64,000 nucleotides of DNA from Acanthaster planci (Eukaryota): the NCBI RefSeq assembly GCF_001949145.1, contig NW_019091355.1, positions 4,700,625 to 4,764,624 of the forward strand, written 5' to 3'. Position numbers and translations under genes: made by a program. The notes under the pieces are model-generated. The model saw only the letters and a list, made by a program, of their open reading frames with translations. It did not search any database and had not been told where the DNA came from. Within the stretch, counting starts at the first letter, position 1. Each line of letters starts with the position of its first letter. This document shows positions 41,301 through 53,300 of the stretch, one piece after another.

Positions 41301-44300
41301 TTTCCTTCGACCAAATACATGTATGTGGTTACATATGGGTAGCAAATCCCTCAGCTGGGCATGCTTGTCTGGTGTGTCTGCCAATTGATTAAGTATCAGA
41401 ACAGGGGGTCGGTGCCCTAGTCCAAGGATGATGGGAGTCCAACTGATGTTCAGTCCTCAGTAGGAATTTATTCCCTAAGTCCTAGCCGGATCACATGCCA
41501 ATAAAATGTAGAAGAGGAAAAACTGGAAGGAAGAGTGAACTTTTGGCCTCATTGTTTAGGCATACATGTATGTATCTGAGGTAACAAAGTTTACTTGCTG
41601 CTCACATGTGTCCTTTTGGAATGCAATTATGTTACCAAATAATTTAATTTCCCTCTTTCTATTTTTTTTATTTTTTCACCTTTAAATATTAAAGTTCAAA
41701 AGCAAATTTTTTGAATATTCAATAATCGATCAACTATTCCAAATGGCCCTACGTGTACTACCCACCCAGAGAGTGTAACCACTGAAAACCGTGCATCAAG
41801 AAAGCAGGCTGATGAAAAGTACACTTGTACACATATCTAGATGCTAAAACAGTGACATCACCACTACCCAGAACACACCGGCTAGACACAGCACAGAGTA
41901 AAAACTAAACACAGAACACTTGTCACAGGTTCTAGCACCAAGCTGTGACCAGATGAAATGTATGGAAACACCACGGCCAACACGTTCTAAGGTCGGGCAC
42001 CTCATGCGACAGAAGCAGAAAAAAATCACTTCCCCATTGTTTGTTTTTTCTTGGTTCCTCTTTCACCCCCAACCACATACCCAATAAACTTTTCGGCAGG
42101 AGGCCCGAACTCCATGATTCCGTTGACCAGCTGCTCGCCATCGTTAAGGGGCGGACTATGGATGAGTTTGTTGCCAAGGCCACTGGTGGGTTTGTTAGGA
42201 AGGGGGACAAGGAACGAGGCAGAATTCAAGGGGCAGTGAAGTGCACCAGGGGAATTTAAAAAGTGCAATTTTATTATTTTTTTCTTTCAAAATGTTGCAG
42301 CGGTTTTTAAACAGAGAAAAAGCAAACAAAAAAATTAATAAGAGATCACAAATATAGAGGAAGTCAATTTTAAGGCTTTTTATAATTGGTGAAACAAACT
42401 AAATCTGTAAGTCAGCTTCAATTACTCTCATTTGCAGAATTTTGGGGCCACCAATGGTTTCAACACAGCAGAAAACAAAATGAAAAAAACGTTTTACAAG
42501 ACACATCTTGAACACTGGTTAGTACACTTTAGAGCCTAAAATGACCTAAGCGCCACAAGTGTCAATTTGAAGCTTTTCCAGACATCAGGATGCCCTGTTA
42601 GGAAGCAGCTGTGTAATTGCCAGAAAAACAAAGCCTCACGAAAAAAAAAAAAATTGAAACAAGATTTAGCTTGTAGGAACAATTTCATCCCTTACAATCC
42701 CTTAGCAATAAGAATAACCAGCCAAACTATCCGGGGGAAGACCGCTATATGTACGTTAAAATCACAAATGCACTTTCAATGCTAATTTAGTTTTTAAACA
42801 ATGCATGAATTATCAATGAGAGAAACCAATGCACCCCAGCATGGAATTAGCAGAGGAACTGGCAAAAAATGCTGGAACTGAGAAATGCCGTGATGAGATT
42901 TGCTGAATGAAAACTATCTATTCTAATGAAGCAAATGACCAGCTGTCCATGACCCAGAGAGAAAAAAAAAAGAGAAATGTGATTCTCGTAAACTCTGTTG
43001 CCATTGTTTTGTTGCTGTTTTCTCCAAAAGGGGGAACATTACTCTCTCCGACCACTCTAATCAAATCTTCCCATCAACCTCTTATCAGCGCTGGGCTTGT
43101 GAGTGAGGCTATGTTTTGGACAGAAACTATCTCACCTTTTTTGACACAAAAACTCAAAATCAAGCCCACGGCCTACCCTTCTGAAAACACAATTTGAAAA
43201 TAGCAAAACCCCACTTACCCGAGGAATTGCGTGTTGGACGGACCCACCTCCAGCACTCGCGTGGCGAGGGTTTCATTCTCCAGGAGTGGAGGGGGCGTGG
43301 TCAGCTTGCTCTTCTTAATGAGGCGGCAGGTGACACGGGTGGGCCCCGAGGCCCGCTTGGGAGGGATGACCACCCGCAGGCCGGGCAGACGGCAGCTCTT
43401 CATGGTCCCACCCCGTGCATCCACCATGAAACTAATCAGGAACCTGCCCAGAGAGCATGAAAGGCAGATGGGGGAGGAGTTAGAGAAAGCGGTGGGAAAA
43501 TTTAGATCAGCATGCTGGAATTGTTACTGTCGTGAGTGCACACTGAATCACACACAGCATGATAGTGTTTGGTGGTTCAAGCATTTCGGAGTCAATTCCC
43601 GTTCTATCCTGGAATCAAGACTACACAGAAGGATCAACCCAAATTTTCACCAGCCAAAGCATACCTGACTAAAAATGGCATCTATTCGAAGCTTGTGTGC
43701 ATAATTGTTCCTCGCTCCATTGAATTTATCACGACATATAATCTAACTTAGGAAAATCAGTTCATAACTGCCTGTCTTACAACTTTAAGCATTATTACAC
43801 AGGGTTACAGGCAATTAGATGAGAGCCTATGAAGATGGAATCAAATCAAATAGGGTTTTAGTTGAGTCTGTCACAAGTCCTCAAACATCCCTATAAATCC
43901 GGCACAAGTCCTCAAAAATCCATACAAGTCCGGCACAAGTCCTAAAACATCCCTACAAGTCTGGCACAAGACCTCAAACATTCATTCACTCTTAAGCCAA
44001 GTCATAAGCTCTTCAAATGAAATATAACAATATCATTTCTTTCATCATTGTGCAACCTGTTTGGTCTTGTGGCTGGACTTGTGAAAGGACTTATGAAAAG
44101 AATACGAATGAAGTTGTTATGGACTTGGCTAAAACCTTGCTAGATGATGAAGCACCCTTTTATTTATTTTCATGAATGGAACACACAGTCAAGCAACACA
44201 AGATGTAGACTCGAATTCTCAGACATGAGAAATACCATACCCAGCAAAGATGGGAATGCTGCTCAGTGGAGCGTTGTCACTCAGGGCAGCCGACACGGGA

Positions 44301-47300
44301 CGCCCATCCTGCCCATACACCATCCCCTCCAGCAGCTTGCCGTCCTCGTCAATGTAGGGGTCCCCGACCGACACCCGCTTGCCATCGGGCGTAGTCACGT
44401 TCAGGGTGTGGCGCATGGCAGGGCTTGAGGACATGAGTGGGGCGGCCGACTCCACAGTGATCTCGGTGGTGCGGGAGATGACTTCGCCGCCATCCACAAA
44501 GCTCTCCTCTGCCTCGCTCAGCGGAATGTCGCGGTTGAGGGTGCTGGCGCGGGAGTCAAAGCCCTGTGGGCTAAGCATGGCACCGCGATACTTGCCTGAC
44601 TGCGGGGTGCTGTAACGGCCTGACAGGGAGTCACTGCCAGAGTAGTACCTCAGATTCTGTATCGGAAAATGGGAACAGCAAACTCGCCAGTTAATTCAAT
44701 GTTCAAGAACCCCAATGATTTCTCAGGTTTAGACAGCAGCCAATGTACTCTTAGGCTCGAACATTTCCAGGAAATCAGATGACAAATGACAACTCTAAAA
44801 TAGGTTCCGCACTCTCCACATGTTTACACATCAAGATCAGAACTATCAGACCAAAGACAGGATCAACAAAGTGTCCTTCTGAAGCTGTGAGGACACAGCC
44901 CTCTGAAAGAAATGAGGACATAGCCTTTCTGAAGCTTCGGGGACATAAACTCTTCGACGCTCAGAGGACATTTCATATCTTCATATCTAATTGCAATTTG
45001 AAATCAAGTGTCCCACCTGAAGCATAGCAGCATTCAGCAATTGAGGACTTGTTGATTTAAATGCGGTTAGCAGTGATTTGAAGCCAGGACCCATTCTCCA
45101 TGTTCAAAATGTTACAATGCTCTACCGGCACATGTACAGGAGTAGGACTTACAAACAAATTCTTCTTACCGGTTCTCCAGACATCCACTCCTCTTCCCAT
45201 GACTTGCGGTTAGCGATGGGCATGGAGTCATCTCCCATTGTCTTGATCTCTTGCGGGGTCAACAAGGAGTTGTCCCCTGTCATGGAGATGTCATCAGCTG
45301 CACACATCAAGATATGTCGTTAACAAAAGTTCACAGGGCATGGAGGTCAGAGCTCAATTTTTTTTTTTTTTTAACACAAGGTTAAGTTAAGTGTTGAGTA
45401 TTTCATAGCAAATAATACGCAATATTTAAGATTTAGGATTGAGTAGGACAACAGATACACGTACGCAAAGGGGGTTAAATGTCAAAGGTCAAATATGGTC
45501 AATGGTAAATATCATGAGCCAATACAAGGGTTTAACAGGTACATATAGGACTTGGACAGCATATGGAACGTTGCATCTTCTAGTGTTCTACAGTGACATA
45601 TTAGTTTGCAAATGATACCCTCCTCCCACACCAAATCATCCCCATGTTTAGTGCATACTTAACAGGGTTCCTGCACCTAGAGGACAAATAAATTTCATGA
45701 CTTTTCCATGACTTTTCCGTGACTTTTCCATGACCAAATCATAAAAATCCATGACCCAATAACCCAATTTCTTGGACTATCCGGACTTTTAAAGTTGCGA
45801 ATAAAATCACACATTTTATGCACTTTCATCTGGTAATAGAAATCACACACTGCGTTTGAAAAATTCCATGACTTTAGTCATTTTTACAAAATTCCATGAC
45901 TTTTCCAGGCCTGGAAAACTAAACTAAATTTCCATGACTTTTTCATGACTTGTCCAGGCCGTGGGAACCCTGCTGTATAACACCCTGTGCAAAAGTACAT
46001 GCACACGGTGACCCAAATACGTGTGCATCTGCCAATCCCTCACTTTTTGACCCTCTGTCAAGTCACAAACCAACGCCCACTTCTTGTAAGTGCGCTCCAC
46101 CATGCTGATCCCTCATTCGTGGGGATAGATTAATCCCTGGTAATCCCGGCAACTCATCCCAGGCCCCGACTCTCAGATCCCACGGTTGGGGGCAATATCT
46201 TATGGTACTCGTAATCCTGAGAGTACTAGAGCCGCTACTGCGACCCATGGGCGCGGGACAGTCGGTTACTTTATTCAATACCATGAATGAACACCAATGA
46301 ACACCACGATAACAAACACTACAGGATCTACAACACGAGAAACACTTGAGCGAGCTGCTGTCAATCTAGTGGTCTTCTGAAACCTTTCTATTGCGTATTT
46401 CACATCAATTGGGGTTTGAAAAAGATATTCATTATCAATACATTTAGCAAAGAAGTGTAAGTTACCGCAGGTTTCTCAAATCACATGTAATGTGCTACCC
46501 ACTGTAAACCCCCCCCACAAAATGGTCTCCAACAAGAAGAGCTATCCTGTTTTTATCAATCATCAGAAACTCCAAAGTAAAACAGACACTGAAGACGACA
46601 GGCTTCTTAAAATGCTGACTGAGGACAATAGGCTTCTTAAAAAGTTGACTAAGGACAACAGTGGTACATCTCTGAAACAGAGACACTGAATATCGATTCA
46701 AAATATTTAGTGGATTTCCCCGAGAATATTAAACAAGTTCTTCTCATCAGAAATCAGATAAGTTTTGAAAATTTGACACAAATATACATCATGCCAATAT
46801 ATATGAATAGAAGATGTAAAAAACAGTATATACGTGATGTAGAAAATATAGTGAAACTTTTATTGGACATGCAACTGAAACATGCAACCAAACAGAAGTA
46901 TTACGTAACACATAATGTGAACCATTTTCAATGTTTTTCTGTTGTTGAATACTTCCATGCTACATGTACATGACCACAAGACAAATGGATACACGGAGGC
47001 CAAGCATGATACTTAAACCGTGCCAGCATAAAAACCCACAAAACAATAATCGGTCTTTCTTTCTCTCCAATATTTGCAATTATGTGAAATGCCACCTGGC
47101 AACGAACAAACCAAAATTATTTTTCCAGTGGTGACATCTTTATTTCGACGACCAAGTATGATTAATTTTTTCTCATGTCAGATTTTAAAAACAGGATATT
47201 TTGATGCAAAATGACTGTATTCCAAAACAGAAATTGTCGAGAATTTCAACAAAAATCTCAAAATAGTAATTTATGCTTAGCCCTGGCAATCCCTTGAGGT

Positions 47301-50300
47301 GCACTAAAATGAAGTTTACCAACCCCCTTCACAAAATACAATGGGGTGCATGACCTTTGACCCATTATTTTGTGTACGAAAATCACACATCCCTTATGAA
47401 GAGCCTAGTTTAAAATGAACCTGTTAAAGGTAATGCAATTTTCATTCAAAAGTCCTGAAAGATTGACTCTTGGAATACTTTCCAATTCCCTTTAACCATG
47501 TTTTCCTCTGATAAAAAATCAGCCGGAAGAGAAAGAAAGACAGGAACAGGGGAAGGGGAAAACGAAAGGTGCACAAATGAATATACCAAACAAAAAAACC
47601 AATCCAAACTCTGTGATTATAACCGATTCGAAGAGAAGTTGGAAGGCAACACAAACGGGTAAGACCTTACCAGGGCTGCCTAATTCTAGACATGATGGTA
47701 GTATGGAGAAGGTAGTAACAATGGAGAGAAATTGACATGTTTGGTTACAATGTTATGAAAAGTGGCGGCTCGTTTGGCAGGCTGCAGGGCAGACCCAGAG
47801 CTGTATATAGAGAGGGTAGCATCGACTTTGGGAACCAAGATGGCCGTTTGTTTTGTGTGCAGCGCAGCATGTGTCAACAGCGTGCAAATTATCCAAGTGC
47901 ACTGACGCATAATCCACCATTTTGGTTCCAACAATTGAGATACTCATGTCCCCAACTCTCTCTTTAGCAAGCTCTGGAGAGATCTGGTGTTTGCCACTGT
48001 CTGTCCATCAAAGGTTGCCAACTTATTTAACATTGCAACCGTAAAAATCAAATGAAGAAGAGTTGGCCTGGTAACAATGCCGTCTGTTTTAGCTTTACTT
48101 GGGGTCTTCTTGAGACAACCCTGATTTGGTTTCACACACTGACCACTGCAAATGCTCCAAGCGAAAAAAGTTCAATCTTCAATCTGATGCAAGACCATCG
48201 TAACTGCGGTTCTTCAACTTTTTTTCTGGAACATTTCACATTTCCTCGTAAATTTGAAGTACTAAATATTTCTCTGCCCACTTGCATGCACTTAAACACA
48301 GGTCCAGACTTGCCTTATTTCAAACAAAGATTTTACAGAGTGTCGTATTTTTTGCAAGTTGTAGTTTAGAGGTCTGATACAGTTACAGAATTTGTGAAAT
48401 GGAATTAATGTATTAAATCAAAGACGCAACAAATATTCTACAAGATTGGGATAAAGCGATTGAATGAAATCTCAATTTTTTGCTCTATAAATATTAGGTT
48501 CCGGAATAAAAAATACCACACTAACGATGGTGGAAGGTCGGCCCATTACAGGGGTTTTTCGGAGGGGGGGGAAGTAAGGGATTGCCCAGAGGAACGCCCT
48601 ACCCAACTAGGTGCTTGAGAATCCAACTCAGTCAAATGACAAACTGATGCCACAAACCCAAGGTGCACTCCAAGAGAACTGCTTCGAATAACATAACTTC
48701 CACTTAAAAATGAACTAAAAGCACTCTTTAATCTTTGTGCATAATTGGCAGTGTTTTACTGTTGTCAGAAAAGCCGACAGCCTGGTTTTGAGGCTCAGTT
48801 CCTTTGCTCTTCTAAGCCCAATTTTTCATTGGCATAGTAACACAGCCTTCCGCAGCCACTGCACAGATGTACATGTGCTCCCTCAGTTCGATCTCAATAC
48901 AACTCAGCTCGGTGCAACATGAATTTTTGTTCACCACGCTGATAAAATTGTCTCGGAGTGTACCTTTGGTTTGCGACTCAGAGAAATCTAAAACATATTT
49001 CATTGGATTACAAGTGACAGACAAATGCCATCAACGGACAGTTTTGTTGTTAAACAAACACAGGATTTTTTGCTGCGTTGAAATGGTGGCCATGCTCAGT
49101 TTTGTTACTTCCATTTTGGAAATTCTCCAAACAAATTGCTCCTAAGTTTCTATTGATTTTGACAAATATGTATGGTGACTTCTCTTTTCTCATGCTTAGT
49201 GGGGTTTCAAAAGATAAAAGCAGTCTTTACATGGCTGGAGATTTCTGAATCTAATGTTTAGTATGTGATTTCTGTGAATATTTCTATTACCATGAGAGAT
49301 TTCTACAGATTAATCTCGTTATTTGGGCCTCGTGGCCCAGTTTTTAGTGGGAAGGGGCACAAAAGGTGTTTTGTTTGTGTCTTCCCGTCTCACCTAGGGG
49401 GGACAATATCCGTCTACGCTGGCCTTTATAGACAAAGAATTGACGACCTGTAAAAAGGGGTTTACAAATGCACCAACAAAATTGGTTCCTATTTAACAGA
49501 TCTTTTCTCTCGATACCAATGTAATTTGCTTTTTTCTAAACAGTAACTGAGTCAGATATATCTCTAATAAGTTAGACATTTATTTTCAAAACAACATTTG
49601 TCAAATATGAGAAAACAGCTGAAAAAGTGCACCCCCAAAAAGTCTAAACTTATATGAACTCTTGAAGTGCAACGGTACAATTGCATTTTTACAAACATCT
49701 TGGCAACTGGTCAACTGAACCAGAAAATCCAGACAAAAGCTGAACACAGGCAGCAATTTTATTTTGCAAAATAAACAGTGCAAACTCAGCCACTTGGGGA
49801 AAAACTAAAGACCATAAAAGTGAAAAAGGAAAAAAAATAAACACAATTTAGGCTTCGACTCGCATAAATTGTTCTGTGAATTTTCCTGTAAGTTCACAGT
49901 AACTTCAAAAAATTTTTCTCTGAAACATCTTCAGTATTTAAACTGTGGTGAAAACATTCTCAAGGAATGGGACAATTTACTACTTCAGTTTATGAACCTC
50001 TGAAATTAGAATTGGCACGGGCCATTCAAAAATTGTTCCATCTATGACTTGAGCCTGTCTATTAAAGCTGCCAATGATTTATAATCTGTAGTCTCCGGAA
50101 TATTAAGTTGTCGAAAGAAATTTCAAGTGGAGGGAAAAAAAGAAAGAAATGAATGAGCCAGCTTTTCAATCCATGCACTGCAAGTCAGTTTTCAGCCTGT
50201 TATGAATGAACTTCACACAGACAAACCAAAAAAAAACATGATTTGGGCAAACTTTTGGGGTATGGAGATTAAAAATGAGAAAATGAAGCACTGTCACTAA

Positions 50301-53300
50301 CCTTCGTCTTCGTTATCGGACATGAAGGAGATGACCATGGTCTCAGGGACCTGGACTTTCAGCTTCTCGTCAGTAGGCTGCGGATACAGGTCAATACAAA
50401 TAGAGCATTCATTTAAAAGGAAACAAGAAAAAATTATTTGCTCTTGAGCACTAAAGATAAATACAAAGGGATTAAGAAGGCTCTGGTGAGTTATCAAGGA
50501 ATTTGACGCACCTGGCCCACTGCAATTTAAAACTCCCCAAGACTCCGCTATTCCGAAAAGTTCACATTAAAGGTCAGCTGTGAACGTCACATCATACTGC
50601 ATTTGAACTGTTGCTGGTTCCCACAAGCTCTTTTTCAAACTAAACCCCCTTGACATTTTGCTCGCTTTCACATCAGTCTAGACAGAGGTCTTCGGGGTTG
50701 GGACTGAGGAGAGCGTGGTATGTTGGTACGCATGCCGGAATGAATGTTGCTAGGCTGGACTTTGAAGTTTCAGTTTTTATCACTGCATTGTAACTTCAAC
50801 ATCAACTAACATCAACATGAGCAGCAGCACAGTAAATTTTTTCACAGTTTCAAAAACTTGGTGCCCTGGCTTGAGAGCCCTTCAAAGCATAAGGTGACCA
50901 CATTCCACCTCCTGGTCAAACAACTACAAATTATACAAATGTGCGGGGATGCATTCAGGGTAGTTTCATGAAGTGGCAATTGGGAAATGAGTAAAAGCAG
51001 CACTGTAGATTTCACACAGTGATGCACCTTACCGATTGGACGATGGTCGTTTCCACCGTAGTGACCGTCGTCAAGGTGTTGACTACGGAGATGTAGCCAA
51101 AACGCTTGGCAATGGCCAGAGCAGTGTAACCATTCTGTGAAAGAAAGAAAATGCCTGTCAAACATGCTCGCTCAATATGAAATGGGGGATTTTCTATCGG
51201 ATACGTGTAACGGTAACAAACACTGGCAAAATTAACAAGAGTGAGAAACAAGCAAGGTTCGCTGGATCTTGGCAGATTTGGGGGGCCAGTCAAGAGTAAA
51301 CAGAAGCCCAAGTCATTTCTGCACTCTCTCTTTCTCTTTTCAGCGATGGCCGGTCTACTCACGTTGGCCGTCTCGTTCGGGTCAGCTCCCTTGGTGAGCA
51401 GGAGGTTGATGATGGCCACGTGACCCTGCTGTGAAGCCTGGTGGAGTGGGGTCAGGCCATGCTGTAACGATGCAATAAAACAAACAAAATAGTAAGCCGT
51501 TGTATTTGTCAAAAGAAGATATTCACAAACACATAATGTGCTCCAGGCAGAATTTGCTCTCAAAACATTGAGCTGTTTGCCGTGAACAATACAAGAGAAA
51601 CAACTGACAGTAGACACCAACAAAAGTCAGTGCTGGAGGACAAAACTGAATTTGGGAGTGTAGATACAAGAATGCTTTTGGATTAAAGATTGAAGTTTCA
51701 ATAAGTGCATTCTGAATTTGTTGACTTAAAAGGCCCAGTTTAAGATTCTGAGTGTCCATTGCCTTTATCACACAGTGTAGCCCTACACAAAATGGTCTTA
51801 ATGACTGGCCGTCGACGTGGCACTTAAAAAGACGTCAAACTCAAGGCTGGCACAGGCAACTCACGATTCATTTCATACAAATGGGTAACATGCAAACTCG
51901 AGCTTAACAAGCTTCCATGTTTTACAAGTCAATCGGGCAAGTTGGATATGGCTTAGTGCAGCGAGTCTAGTTCCTTCACACAACATCACAACATCAATCT
52001 ATTACCTTGGTCTTGGCTTGGATAGCCGCTCCGTTCTGCAGCAGGTAGGCGGCCGTCTTCAGGTTGCCGTAGTGGCAGGCCACATGGAGAGGCGTGTAGC
52101 CGGCCTTGGTGCGGGGGTCGATGCCGGAGCCATTCTTGACCAGGACCTTGGCGCAGTCCAGCTGGTCCTCTTGGGCTGCCAGGTGAAGGGGTGTTAGGCC
52201 ATTCTGTGGTTGCAAATTGGATAAACCCACAAATGAAACACATAATAAAGTACCTGGATGGTTACGCATATCACCGTGGTACCTGGTGAAATAGTAGGTA
52301 ACTCGATACCTTCAATCTCGAAGAAGCACATTCATGTACATGTGCATTAATGACCAGTTGGCAGTGAAGGCACAAGTAACCACTCTTGCCTGTGATCGCT
52401 ACTTGTGAAATAACAAAAAAATAAAAAATTCTGCTTAAAAAAGTTATCCATAAAATGTAAAAAAGACACCAAGTAGACACAGGCTGTTCTACTCTGGGAC
52501 AATATTAAGCTGCGTAGTCATGGAGCTCTGTAGGAGCCTAAGGCCATACATTGATATTCAGGGCCGTGGGTTGTGTATGTGTTCAAGCTGTCAGAAGTCA
52601 ACAGGGTGAGGGGTGGGGGGTTCTGAAGTCTGACCTTGGCGGCGATGTCTGGCTTCGCGCCTCTCTCCAGCAGCAGGGACAGCATGTCGGTGTGGCCCTC
52701 CTGGGCCGCCAGGTGGATGGGGCTGATGCCCTGCTTGGTCATGCAGTTGGGATCGGCGCCGTACTCCAGCAAGGTGGTGGCCACGTCCAGCTGGTTCTTC
52801 TTGGCGGCGATGTGCAGCGGAGTGAAGCCATTCTAGAAAGACAGTAGACCATCGGGAAAACCATCAATCACCACTGAACCACATCTCTCAGGAATGCCAG
52901 CACGTGCCCACAGCTTTCAAGTGATCTCTAAGGACTTTCTGGATCGAGTGTTGACAGAAAAAGTTATCTACGATCCTTTCAAACAACTGTGAGTTGCAGT
53001 CAGCCACTTGCATGCATGGCAATTGACCAAACCTGCACAACATGACTTCCTGCAAGTACTCTCTTTTTCCTGACGTGTAACAGCACACTCTCTCAAAATT
53101 CTCCCACTCTGCCTGATGGGCTGGAGGGGCACCTACGAGTAGACAGGTGCAGGGATGAGAGATAAATGGGGTTAAGGAGACGACCTACCTGTGCCACGGT
53201 GTGAGGCGAAGCACCCTGGTCCAAAAGCAGCATAGCAACCTCCACATTGTCATAGTGAGCAGCGATGTGAAGTGGTGTCAGGCCATTCTGAGAGACGACA

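Noticed and set aside
43872..43981. Regularly spaced repeats as a CRISPR-like array
   Set aside because: Head-to-tail minisatellite without unique spacers, inside a eukaryotic intron.
48520..48620. GC-rich intronic island as a linker cassette exon
   Set aside because: No stop-free phase-1/1 acceptor-donor pair found.
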